The translations under genes were made by a program, and so were the position numbers. A model generated the notes under the pieces. It searched no databases, was not told where the DNA came from, and worked only from the letters and a program-made list of their open reading frames with translations. From the NCBI GenBank assembly GCA_000146465.1, contig CP001944.1: a stretch of DNA of 64,000 bases; one strand, written 5' to 3'. Shown piece by piece: positions 47,189-56,309 of the stretch. Position 1 is the first letter of the stretch; each line of letters begins with the position of its first letter.

Positions 47189-48208
47189 ATGGACTGGTAT
47201 CTAAAGAAGTATCCAGACGCCAAGATCCTTGCCGACAGGCTCTCCATGCTGGCACAAACCGATGGGGAGGACATGTCGAAGTACCTTGATTCCGAAAACC
47301 TATCTCTAGCAGATTGCATATACACAGAAAGATTGTACAGATCTAGGGATGTCAAAAGGACATTGAGAAGGGTTGCAGCAAAAGAAGGTTCAAGGATAGA
47401 AAAGATTGTTTATGAAATGCTCTGCAAGAGAAAGATTGTTTTCGACGACTATCTGCTGAAGCTGTCTTTTATAAAGAGATTTGGAAGGTTTAAGAGGTTT
47501 TTTATTGATGGGAAGGAACCTGAATACCGGATGGAGATGATGGTCCACAAACTCCTCTATCTCGGGGAAAATGTTGTTGAGGAAGTTGAGAAAGAGATTG
47601 TAAGAGTTCCGGGTGACAAGGCATGGGTTTACATGGGTTTTCTTGGATCTTCTGTGGGGCGGGATGTGATTATGGAGGTTATGAGCCGTGTGAGTATTGA
47701 GTTCAAGCCCTTTGTCGGCTCTTTCCTCCAAAAGGAAGATTACTACAACAAGATGTGCAGTGTGATTCTGAAGTCCCCTTCCGAAGAAAGAGGGGCCGTA
47801 ATCTTGTCAATGGGAGTCCTTGACAAGGCCCAATTCTACAGGTCACTTCTTCATGTATGGTTTTCCGAGAGTGGAGGGAAGAGAAGATTCAACGACCTTA
47901 TTGAGATAATGAGGGAAGTGAAGGTAGACAGGAGAATGAAGACGGAGATTATTGATGGGTATCTAAACGGGCTTATCTACCAGAGGAGGGTAGGGGAGTT
48001 TATGAAGCTATTTAAGCTTGCAAAAAGAATGAAGATCTGCAGAGATGAACACAAGCTGTTTGAAAAGCTTTATAATGCTGTCCGTAAGTACAAAAGAGAA
48101 GGGAAGCTGGACCTAAGAAGGTTTCTAGATGGATGCAAGGAAAGAAAGAAGAAGGATTTGGTGTCTCCGTACAGCTGGGAAAGTATACATGAAATGTACA
48201 GAGAATGA
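47189..48208 (+). CDS. Hypothetical protein, 339 aa, basic
   Basis: ATG at 47189 begins a long ORF. No confident family. Confidence 0.55.
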   Translation: MDWYLKKYPDAKILADRLSMLAQTDGEDMSKYLDSENLSLADCIYTERLYRSRDVKRTLRRVAAKEGSRIEKIVYEMLCKRKIVFDDYLLKLSFIKRFGRFKRFFIDGKEPEYRMEMMVHKLLYLGENVVEEVEKEIVRVPGDKAWVYMGFLGSSVGRDVIMEVMSRVSIEFKPFVGSFLQKEDYYNKMCSVILKSPSEERGAVILSMGVLDKAQFYRSLLHVWFSESGGKRRFNDLIEIMREVKVDRRMKTEIIDGYLNGLIYQRRVGEFMKLFKLAKRMKICRDEHKLFEKLYNAVRKYKREGKLDLRRFLDGCKERKKKDLVSPYSWESIHEMYRE

Positions 48209-48270
48209 TTGGAAGGCCTGGGGTTTCCTTTCTGCATGGAGGATAAATTTTGTGGGCTCTCATCCTTGGG

Positions 48271-49314
48271 ATGGTAGTGGTAGGAAGAGAAGAGGAGTAC
48301 TTGAAGCTGGAACGCTATCTAGACATGTTTTTTAGCACAGAGACAGGAGGGATTGTCTACATAAGTGGGGTTCCGGGATCTGGGAAGACACACACGGTGT
48401 TGAGACTGATGGAAAAAAGACAGGTCAAGCATCTGTTCTTGAATGCAGCTGGGTTGAGGTTAAAAAGGGATGTTTATAAGTGGATCCTCACAAATCTATC
48501 CTGCTGCACCGATCCAAAGCGTATGTATTTAAAAAGTCTCCAGAAACACTTTATGGAATGTATTTCTCACCATGTGGTTGTGATTGATGAAGTGGATATT
48601 CTTATAGGAAGGAGCCAAGAAGTGTTATACAATTTGTTTGATATGCCATACCTGGAAAACAGCAAGCTTCTGCTGTTTGTAATTTCCAATACAATGAATC
48701 TTCCCGAGAGACTGTTTGAGCCTAAGGTTTGTAGCCGGATAGGAGGGAGAAGAGTTAACTTCACGCCATACACATCTGCACAACTGTGTGAGATGGCTGG
48801 AAGTTGCGGAGTGAACAAGGGTTGTGTTGAGCTTGTTTCAAAGAGAATTGGGGGAGTCAGTGGAGATGCTCGAAAGGTAAGGGATGTGATTGAGAGGGTT
48901 AAAGAAAGTGAGAGGGGGAGTGAGGCAGGGATATTAGATGTGGACGATATTATGAGAAAAATGTATGTTCCTGTATACACCTACTACCTTCAAAACCTGT
49001 CTTCTTATCAAAAAACCATTATATTTCTGGTTAGCGGAAGCGAGCAGGACAGAATGAAAACCAATGAACTTTACGATGAGTTTGTCTCTTTCTGCAGAAG
49101 ATCTGGAATGAAAGAAGTGGGGTTTTTTGAGTACTTGGATCTCCTCGAGGTGTTAGTGGACTACGGGCTCCTTGGAGTTAGGAGCTTGGGGAAAGAGATT
49201 CAATGTATGGTTCTGCGGGAGGAGGTTGAAAAGAGCCTTGGGTCGGACAAGGAGTATCTGGAAATAACCGGGAGGGCGGGGAGTAGAAGATGTTTTTTGA
49301 AGAACTCTGGTTAA
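48271..49314 (+). CDS. ORC1/CDC6-family AAA+ ATPase (replication initiation)
   Basis: ORF-track start is TTG. The first ATG is at 48271. Walker A IVYISGVPGSGKTHTV, Walker B VVVIDEVD, and the Orc1/Cdc6-type sensor region LLLFVISNTMNLPERLF..KVCSRIGGRRVNFTPYTSAQL. Confidence 0.7.
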   Translation: MVVVGREEEYLKLERYLDMFFSTETGGIVYISGVPGSGKTHTVLRLMEKRQVKHLFLNAAGLRLKRDVYKWILTNLSCCTDPKRMYLKSLQKHFMECISHHVVVIDEVDILIGRSQEVLYNLFDMPYLENSKLLLFVISNTMNLPERLFEPKVCSRIGGRRVNFTPYTSAQLCEMAGSCGVNKGCVELVSKRIGGVSGDARKVRDVIERVKESERGSEAGILDVDDIMRKMYVPVYTYYLQNLSSYQKTIIFLVSGSEQDRMKTNELYDEFVSFCRRSGMKEVGFFEYLDLLEVLVDYGLLGVRSLGKEIQCMVLREEVEKSLGSDKEYLEITGRAGSRRCFLKNSG

Positions 49315-49339
49315 AATCCGAAGAGAGAAGACCCATCAA

Positions 49340-49822
49340 ATGGATCAAAAACTCAAGCACTTTCTTGACAACTCGAACTTCCGAAGAGACAGGAGAAACA
49401 AGAAAAAGAAAGTTGAGACGTCTGGGGGAAAGAGAGAAGCAGGACAGGAGGAGATCTTGATGATTAAGAACGGGCAGATTGTTGTCAATGATGCAAACAT
49501 GTATGTGGACACACATCGGGATGTGGAGATGGAGGTGATGGAAGACGACCGGATTGTGACATCCTCGACCTTTAGCAAGAAGAAAGGAGCACTAAGGTGG
49601 AGCAAAAAAGAGATAGAGCTGTTTTATAAGGCGTTAGAAATCTGTGGGATTGAATTTTCATTAATAAGCTCCCTTTTTCCGAACAAGGAGAGAAAGCACA
49701 TCAAAGCGAAGTACATAAAGGAAGCGAAGGTCAACCCCGAGAGGATCAACGAGGTACTGAACGAGTATAAAACATTTGATCAGGTGGCATACAACAAGCT
49801 CCGAAGCTATCTTCTTGAGTGA
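49340..49822 (+). CDS. BDP1: SANT/Myb-domain protein, Bdp1 (TFIIIB B'')-like
   Basis: ATG at 49340. SANT domain LRWSKKEIELFYKALEICGIEFSLISSLFPNKERKHIKAKYIKEAKVNPERINEVL closely matches the Bdp1 SANT signature. Confidence 0.6.
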   Translation: MDQKLKHFLDNSNFRRDRRNKKKKVETSGGKREAGQEEILMIKNGQIVVNDANMYVDTHRDVEMEVMEDDRIVTSSTFSKKKGALRWSKKEIELFYKALEICGIEFSLISSLFPNKERKHIKAKYIKEAKVNPERINEVLNEYKTFDQVAYNKLRSYLLE

Positions 49823-49859
49823 AAAAGTTTAATAAATCTGTTCTATCCTCCTATAGGGT

Positions 49860-50549
49860 TTAGAGTAACTTATCCTTGGCAGTTGATGAGTGGATCTTTG
49901 CATTGATGATCCTGGAGATCTGAAGGAACAGCTTGTAATAAGCAAAGACAAGTAAGGTTGCAGCAGCAACCAAGGCCATTCTCATCGATATCGACATATA
50001 TCCTAGAAAAGGGTACACCCAGGAGTTGTTGAGTCTTTGGAAGTAATGGATTACCATAAAGTAGACAAACCCAAAGATGGCAAAGGTCCAGTAATGTCTT
50101 CTTGCTCCATAGATATTGACGCCTACTTGATCTATCAGAAGGAGAATAAATGGGAACAGATGGATGGACATCTCCGATATTAGCGGAGTCCTAACACCTG
50201 CCATATAAAGATCCTTATTCTTGAGAAGTGTCGGATCTATGGCATTAAGTGTCCAGAATACTGTTGTCACTAGTCCCTCCAGAGGAAGAGTAATGGAAAG
50301 AAAGTCTCTGTACACCTCTTTAATTCTTGAGGCTCCAAAATGTTTTACGCAGTAACTTAGAGACAACGTCATTATTGTCATGTAAAGACTTATCTGGGTG
50401 ATATAAATGTGGCTTCTTCCAGCAAGCTTGTCGATGAACTTCACCCACTCCTTTGGCTGGGAGTAGTCTGTTGCCCCGTAGATACAAAGTACGAAGAGGA
50501 TTATCTTGAAGATTTCCTTTGAAGCCAAAAGACGGCTAGAACTTTCCAT
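49860..50549 (-). CDS. FAR-17a/AIG1-like multi-pass membrane protein (copy A)
   Basis: ORF-track start is TTG. The first ATG is at 50549 (MESSS...). LEGLVTTVFWTLNAIDPTLLK...LISEMSIHLFPFILLLIDQ...SWVYPFL parallels the AIG1 FW..Y..D...P...P.WLNH..H..P...L.E...WVYPFL pattern. Confidence 0.65.
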   Translation of the reverse strand: MESSSRLLASKEIFKIILFVLCIYGATDYSQPKEWVKFIDKLAGRSHIYITQISLYMTIMTLSLSYCVKHFGASRIKEVYRDFLSITLPLEGLVTTVFWTLNAIDPTLLKNKDLYMAGVRTPLISEMSIHLFPFILLLIDQVGVNIYGARRHYWTFAIFGFVYFMVIHYFQRLNNSWVYPFLGYMSISMRMALVAAATLLVFAYYKLFLQISRIINAKIHSSTAKDKLL

Positions 50550-50651
50550 AAGATTATGTGGCTTTGAAGGATAAAAAGAATCTAGGAGTAACAAACTTTT
50601 AATGTATCAATGAAATGAGGAGATGTGATAATCAATGGGTCCCCGACCAAT

Positions 50652-51341
50652 TCAAAAGGATCTATTATCCTCTTTCACTGGCTCATACTTCCCATGAACC
50701 AAATCGTTAACTCCAAGAAGGCCTAAGTAACATCCAGTACCGATAAGACATGCCATAAAAATGAAGAGTATCCTCCCAATAGTGTTCATTTTCTTGAAAA
50801 TTGGATAGGGCCACTTGCCATCTACCGTGTAGAAGTACCAGGTTTCTAGGAAGTATAGAATGCCGAATCCAAATACAAAGGAAATGCATCTCTTCCGTTT
50901 TTTTAGCCTCACATCTATTTGGCATATCAGTAGGAGGAGAAGAGGAAACAAATGCTGGGAGAGCTCTGTTAATAAGCTTTCCTGGATTCCCTCACTATAA
51001 AGTTTCCTACTTTTCAGGAGAGTTGGGTTAATGAAGTACAAAATCCAAAACAGTAAGGTCACTATGCCCTCTAAGGAGAAGGAAAGAGCCAGCAAGTCTT
51101 TGTAAGTGGTTTCCAAACTCTTTCCGACTTTGGTTCTTGTGAGATACCCGATAACTGTTGTAATGATGGTTAAATACAGCGATAGTACAGTAAGGTATAC
51201 AAATTTTCCCCCAGAAGTTCGATTTATAGACTGAACTACTTGTTCCGGTAAGGCATAGTCCAACGTCCCGTACACACAAAAGCCCAGAAGTGTTACTTTC
51301 AATATCTCTTTTAGCATCCTTTTTATCTTTTCCTTTTCCAT
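50652..51341 (-). CDS. FAR-17a/AIG1-like multi-pass membrane protein (copy B, tandem paralog)
   Basis: ORF-track start is TTG. The first ATG is at 51341 (MEKEK...), preceded by cccctt. It is collinear with copy A: LEGIVTLLFWILYFINPTLLK...LLTELSQHLFPLLLLLICQ...KWPYPIF. Confidence 0.65.
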   Translation of the reverse strand: MEKEKIKRMLKEILKVTLLGFCVYGTLDYALPEQVVQSINRTSGGKFVYLTVLSLYLTIITTVIGYLTRTKVGKSLETTYKDLLALSFSLEGIVTLLFWILYFINPTLLKSRKLYSEGIQESLLTELSQHLFPLLLLLICQIDVRLKKRKRCISFVFGFGILYFLETWYFYTVDGKWPYPIFKKMNTIGRILFIFMACLIGTGCYLGLLGVNDLVHGKYEPVKEDNRSF

Positions 51342-51500
51342 AAGGGGACGTTGTAAAACTCGAAAAATAATTAAAGCAAAGAGGGTGTGGGGATCTTTTT
51401 GTTTTGAATTTTGGAAGAGGGCGAGTAGGGATTCCTTTGGAGAGATGTTGATGGGGCCCGGATAAAACAATAAAAAAGAAGCCCTTCCAAACCTCTGGAA

Positions 51501-51971
51501 ATGTTAAAGATCTATGAGGATATAATCAATGAGGTTATATCCAGGCTTGAGCATGCCGAGGACGAGGCCAGCATTAGTAAGTCTGCTATCCATGAACTCC
51601 GAAACGAGTGGAGGGAAAGGCTTATTGAGTACACACAAGGGGAATGGGACGAGGACAGGATTGTTCAGAGAGGCGGAGAACAGGGATATCGGCACGTAAG
51701 GCCTTCAGAAGGGTCTGGAAGTGTTTTTGGGGGGAATCCCACGATGGAGAAGGAGCCTGGGATGTTTGAGGACTACGAGAGCTTGAGCGGATCGAGTGGA
51801 GACTCGGAGATAATAGGAAAGAAGGTTACCGCTGGGAACTGTATGGTCTGTCTGTATGTGAAGGTCAACATGTCAAAGGGGAAGTGGAAGTGTACATTTA
51901 AGCAGGGTTTTATCAGCATAGGGAAGATAGACTTTGTGTTTAACTCCGCCCAGGGGGAGCTTGAGTGGTGA
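51501..51971 (+). CDS. TOA1: Transcription factor IIA large subunit (TOA1-like)
   Basis: ATG at 51501. N-terminal IYEDIINEVISRLEHAEDEASISKSAIHELRNEWRERL is the TFIIA alpha helical domain. The acidic linker is followed by C-terminal NCMVCLYVKVNMSKGKWKCTFKQGFISIGKIDFVFNSAQGELEW, the TFIIA beta-barrel signature. Confidence 0.7.
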   Translation: MLKIYEDIINEVISRLEHAEDEASISKSAIHELRNEWRERLIEYTQGEWDEDRIVQRGGEQGYRHVRPSEGSGSVFGGNPTMEKEPGMFEDYESLSGSSGDSEIIGKKVTAGNCMVCLYVKVNMSKGKWKCTFKQGFISIGKIDFVFNSAQGELEW

Positions 51972-52044
51972 AGAGATTTTATTTAATAAAGGATCCCTGT
52001 ATATTTGGTAAACGTTTGAGAAGTTGGCAGGATAAGCCCTGGAA

Positions 52045-53082
52045 ATGGGGATCAAGCAGTTATCCAAGCTCCTGAAAGAGAATTGTGCGAAAGGAATTAA
52101 AGAAAGGCCTTTGGCATACTACTCGTCGAAGAGAATAGCAATTGACGCTTCGATGTCGATGTACCAGTTTCTGATAGCTGTTAGATCTGATGGATCATCA
52201 CTGGGAAACGAAGACTCCCCAACATCGCATCTTGTAGGATTTTTCTACAGGACTATCCGGATGGTGGAGCTAGGAATAATACCTGTGTATGTATTTGATG
52301 GAGTACCTCCCGAGGTTAAGATGAAGGAGCTAGAGAAAAGAAGCGAAAGAAGAGCAGCAGCTGATAAAGAGTACAAAGAGGCGTCTGAAATGGGGGACAA
52401 GAAGCTTATGGAGATGTACGACAAGAGAAAGACAAAGGTGACTGGGATGCATGTTGAGGAGTGCAAGAGACTTCTTGGGCTGATGGGGATACCGTTTGAA
52501 ACAGCACCCAGCGAGGCAGAGGCATACTGTGCTTTCCTATGCAAGAAGAAGGCTGTGTACGGTGTTGCAACAGAGGACATGGATGCTCTGACATTTGGGT
52601 CACCTGTGGTGTTGAGAAACTTCAGTGGCTCCCAGAGCAGAAAGCTTCCTATTGTAGAATACAACCTCCCGGAGCTATTGGAAAGCCTTTCCTTGGAGCA
52701 CGAAGAGTTTATTGACTTGTGCATTCTCCTCGGATGTGATTACTGTGGCACATTGAAAGGAATAGGGCCTAAGAGAGCACTGGGGTTGATTAAAAAGCAT
52801 GGGGGCATTGAGAAGATTCTCCAGAGCGAGAATTTGGAGGTTCCCGACGGCTGGAGATATAGGGATGCCCAGAGGATATTTGGAAGTCTTCCGGAAATTG
52901 GAGATGCAAGAGAGTTTAATATTTCATGGGGGTCGATAGACAGAAATGGGATTGTGAGCTTCCTTGTTGAAGAGAAGGGATTTGACTTGGAAAGAGTCAA
53001 CAGAGGGATTGAAAAGCTTGTGAACTCTCGAAAGAAAGGGGTCCAAGGGCGTCTAGATGGGTTCATAGCAAGGAGCAGGTGA
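52045..53082 (+). CDS. FEN1: Flap endonuclease 1 (FEN1/RAD27)
   Basis: ATG at 52045. MGIKQLSKLL...IAIDASMSMYQFL...VYVFDGVPPEVK (XPG-N) and XPG-I EAPSEAEAYCAFL...ATEDMDALTFG. Confidence 0.92.
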   Translation: MGIKQLSKLLKENCAKGIKERPLAYYSSKRIAIDASMSMYQFLIAVRSDGSSLGNEDSPTSHLVGFFYRTIRMVELGIIPVYVFDGVPPEVKMKELEKRSERRAAADKEYKEASEMGDKKLMEMYDKRKTKVTGMHVEECKRLLGLMGIPFETAPSEAEAYCAFLCKKKAVYGVATEDMDALTFGSPVVLRNFSGSQSRKLPIVEYNLPELLESLSLEHEEFIDLCILLGCDYCGTLKGIGPKRALGLIKKHGGIEKILQSENLEVPDGWRYRDAQRIFGSLPEIGDAREFNISWGSIDRNGIVSFLVEEKGFDLERVNRGIEKLVNSRKKGVQGRLDGFIARSR

Positions 53083-53096
53083 GTCTTCTATGGCAG

Positions 53097-53948
53097 TTAC
53101 AGGTTTTTATACATCAAGTTCCTCAGATACAATGGCCTACAACCAGACACGTGCTTTTTGAAGCTGGACATATCCACAAGTAGAACACCCTCCCTGTCTA
53201 TGAGACCGAAGTCAAGAATGTCAAGGAAGTAAAATAGGATTTCCATGTTAGTTACTCCCCTGAGCTCGTTGGCATCTGATGTAAAGGCCCGAAACTCTGG
53301 CACACAGCTGATATACTTTATTCTTCTTTTGAATGCCATCATTGTAAGGGCCACATGGACAGGGTTCAGTAAGGAGTATAGAGTTTCTATGGAGTATTCT
53401 GGAATGGAGTACTTTTTCAAGACTATTTTCTTCAACAGAACTGAAATGCTTGGATCGATATTGTATTGTCTCTGGATTTCTTCTTCATTGTCTGTGGCGG
53501 CAAGTTGCATATGCAGAGTTCTGTATAGCTCAAAAGGAAGAAAACCTGTGAAAAATATCCGGTGATTGAATCTTGACTTGATACGCCTTTCCAGTCTGTC
53601 CAGAGAAGTGCACGAGTTCGATACAAGAAGCAGGCAGCAGGGATGGGTCCTGGTCTTTTCAAGATAATGGTATACGTGCAGCTGACGGGAAATGGGCATT
53701 TCTCCCTCTATATCAATAAAAAAAACCTTTCCGTCGGGACTTTCGTCTTTTGGAGTGGTTGGGAGGACTTTAACCACTGTTCTGCTTATCTTTTCTGCAT
53801 GGCTCTTCACCACCCCAACGATTGCTTGAAGTATTTCTTGGTCTGGCCCACACAGGAGAAGATGCTCCCCATTTTTGTCAATCAGACGTGTTATCTCGCA
53901 GATGGTTTCCTTGAAGCACTCTCCGACAATCTTTGCTGTGCCATACAT
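53097..53948 (-). CDS. ORC4: Origin recognition complex subunit 4-like AAA+ protein (degenerate Walker A)
   Basis: ATG at 53948. FFIDIEGEMP...CCLLLVSNSCTSLDRLERRIKSRFNHR parallels the ORC4 ILDEFDLF...[24 protein letters not shown] region. The P-loop is reduced to LLLCGPDQE. Confidence 0.6.
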   Translation of the reverse strand: MYGTAKIVGECFKETICEITRLIDKNGEHLLLCGPDQEILQAIVGVVKSHAEKISRTVVKVLPTTPKDESPDGKVFFIDIEGEMPISRQLHVYHYLEKTRTHPCCLLLVSNSCTSLDRLERRIKSRFNHRIFFTGFLPFELYRTLHMQLAATDNEEEIQRQYNIDPSISVLLKKIVLKKYSIPEYSIETLYSLLNPVHVALTMMAFKRRIKYISCVPEFRAFTSDANELRGVTNMEILFYFLDILDFGLIDREGVLLVDMSSFKKHVSGCRPLYLRNLMYKNL

Positions 53949-53985
53949 CGGGGACGCAAAAAGAGTTGGTCTTGAACAGAAAAAA

Positions 53986-54057
53986 TGCTAGATCCCGGGT
54001 TCGAACCGGGGACACCTAGATCTTCAGTCTAGTGCTCTTCCACTGAGCTAATCCAGC
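53986..54057 (-). tRNA. tRNA-Phe (anticodon GAA)
   Basis: Minus-strand sequence GCTGGATTAGCTCAGTGGAAGAGCACTAGACTGAAGATCTAGGTGTCCCCGGTTCGAACCCGGGATCTAGCA folds into a full cloverleaf. It has a 7-bp acceptor stem with one G-U pair, D stem GCTC/GAGC, anticodon stem CTAGA/TCTAG with loop CTGAAGA (U33, GAA, purine-37), and T stem CCCGG/CCGGG with loop TTCGAAC. The discriminator is A. Confidence 0.85.
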
Positions 54058-54132
54058 TATAAAGTCCATCCCACCAATACTTCCAGACTCTGCCCCCACA
54101 TAATCATCGTTCTGTTTACCTTGAGCCCAGGA

Positions 54133-56268
54133 ATGGATCACGATCCCAACAACGCCTCTTTAAGAGATCTCCTCTCTTCCCCACACACAGATCTTCTTCA
54201 GATAATGCAGTACATGCATGAACATCCATCTGTAGGCGTCTGGCAATACATATGCAGTAGAATTAGACATTCCAGTCCCCAGATTCGATACCTTCCTCAG
54301 CTTGTCCATGTGTTTCTCTACAACAAAGATAGAATGTCTAGCAAGCCAATGCACGCTCTCCTTAGTCACTGGGCTGGAAAAGATAGGGAGTTTTGCTGTG
54401 CACTATACTTCCATCTGAGAAGCGCTCTTGAAAGCAACAGCGACATAAGATCTATATCTTGCTACTTTCTGATCTGCGACATATTCGAGACCGAAAGAAA
54501 GAGGATGTGCCGGAACACAAGGATCCTGGAGCTGCAGTATAGATACAAGACAAAAACCGGTAGAACCCTTGGAACACTTGTTGCAAGAAAGGGATATCCT
54601 CCCCTTCGAGGAATCCTCCTGTTCTTTGTGAAAGCCGTGTCATGGATGGTTCATCCAAGACTCTTTAAGAGAATCCATGATTATGAAGAAATGTTCCTGG
54701 AAACAAGAGAGGTATGTAACATCAATGTGAAAAGGGATTTAAGATTTGGGAATGCATTCGATGGCCCCGGAGTAAGCTCAAGCATCTCGTTTCTCGAGTC
54801 CCTAGTTGAGATCCCAAGTAGGTTGAAGAAGCTCCCTCGGCACTTAAGGCAAAGAGGACTAGACATGGAGATCAAGCTTCTAAACCATAACCTGCCTGCA
54901 AAGGTATCTCTTCCATTCCATTCGGGAAGGTTTGTGCTGACTGCTAGAGTCGAGGAATCGTTTCTACTAGATTCGGCAGAAAACTCTCCTTTTCTCGTTG
55001 TATTTGAGACTGCACTAGAAGTGCCAAGAAGAAGTTGTGCAAAAGAGGAGATCAAAGATGCATTGTTTTTGAAGCAACAGCTGGACGCAGTCAATGGGCT
55101 TTCCTCTCTAAGCGAGATAAATGTTGTTAAGGAGAATGTGATGACCTCTATAGAAAAGATTCTGATGACCGAAAGATACGAAAATACTTCTCTTGAGAAC
55201 TCTCCAAACTTGGAGGCTTGGAGAAGTGATGAAGAAAAAATAGACAAACATCTAGATGACATTCATGTTCAGCAGAAGATTTCTAAGAATTCTGTTGATG
55301 CAGGAATGCTTTTTATGAACCATAGATCGTACTCTGCAGGACAGTTAGCAGAAGGAAATAGCTCCTTTGGAAAGAGCGAGGAGGAAAAGAAGCTTGGAGG
55401 CTCGGCAAGCTATAGGCGCCATAGCGGATGGATACTTAAGAAAGCTGAACTTAGAAGAACCTCTTTGTTCAATGATGTTGCTGGATGGACGGCAGAGTCC
55501 GTGATTGTAAAGACAGGAAACTCTCTAAGACAGGAGCTAATGGCCCACCAGGTTCTTCAAGAAATGAAGAAAATCTGGAGAAAAGAGAATAGTCCTATTT
55601 GGGTCCAAGCTTATCAGATCTACCTTGTAAGTGACACTAGTGGAATAATAGAGACGGTGGTGGATGCTTTGTCAATACACAAGATCAAGAAAAAGATGAT
55701 GTCGGAAAATAAGAATTACTCTCTGAAGAACTACTTCACAGAGTCCTTCGAGCCAAACAGCGAAAAGTACAGGAGCTGCTTGCGAAACTTCCTCTACTCT
55801 CTTGTGGGATACTCCCTAGCCACATACATTCTACAGGTCAAGGACAGACATAACGGAAACATAATGATTGATGGGCAAGGGCATATCATCCATGTTGACT
55901 TTGGATTTATAATGGGAAATCATCCGGGTTTCTACTGTGTCGAAGCAGCGCCATTCAAATTCTCAAAAGAGTATCTTGAGCTCCTCGAGGGTCTGATGGA
56001 TGAGTTCAAGGACCTGTTTCTTCAGGGGTACATGGCACTGAGAAAGCACAGCAGCAGTCTTTTCAGGATCATGGAGACGATGCCAGGAAGCTCTAGTGTA
56101 GAGTGCTTCAACAGGAGAGAGCTTCAAAACTTCAAGGATAGGTTTCGGATGGATCTCAACGAGGAGAGGGTTGAGGAACACGTGACATACTTGATAAATA
56201 AGAGCCTTAACAGTATGGGAACGGGGCTGTACGATTCCTACCAATACTTTTCATATGGATATCTTTAG
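54133..56268 (+). CDS. PIK1: Phosphatidylinositol 4-kinase (Pik1/PI4KIIIbeta-like)
   Basis: ORF-track start is TTG. The first ATG is at 54133, preceded by gagcccagga. The PI3K/PI4K catalytic domain has GDDLRQE-like SLRQELMAHQVLQEM, DRHNGNIMID and HVDFGFIMG. Confidence 0.88.
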   Translation: MDHDPNNASLRDLLSSPHTDLLQIMQYMHEHPSVGVWQYICSRIRHSSPQIRYLPQLVHVFLYNKDRMSSKPMHALLSHWAGKDREFCCALYFHLRSALESNSDIRSISCYFLICDIFETERKRMCRNTRILELQYRYKTKTGRTLGTLVARKGYPPLRGILLFFVKAVSWMVHPRLFKRIHDYEEMFLETREVCNINVKRDLRFGNAFDGPGVSSSISFLESLVEIPSRLKKLPRHLRQRGLDMEIKLLNHNLPAKVSLPFHSGRFVLTARVEESFLLDSAENSPFLVVFETALEVPRRSCAKEEIKDALFLKQQLDAVNGLSSLSEINVVKENVMTSIEKILMTERYENTSLENSPNLEAWRSDEEKIDKHLDDIHVQQKISKNSVDAGMLFMNHRSYSAGQLAEGNSSFGKSEEEKKLGGSASYRRHSGWILKKAELRRTSLFNDVAGWTAESVIVKTGNSLRQELMAHQVLQEMKKIWRKENSPIWVQAYQIYLVSDTSGIIETVVDALSIHKIKKKMMSENKNYSLKNYFTESFEPNSEKYRSCLRNFLYSLVGYSLATYILQVKDRHNGNIMIDGQGHIIHVDFGFIMGNHPGFYCVEAAPFKFSKEYLELLEGLMDEFKDLFLQGYMALRKHSSSLFRIMETMPGSSSVECFNRRELQNFKDRFRMDLNEERVEEHVTYLINKSLNSMGTGLYDSYQYFSYGYL

Positions 56269-56309
56269 ACAAGGATTAAACAACTTTTTGGACGAAGGGG
56301 ATCTTTATT

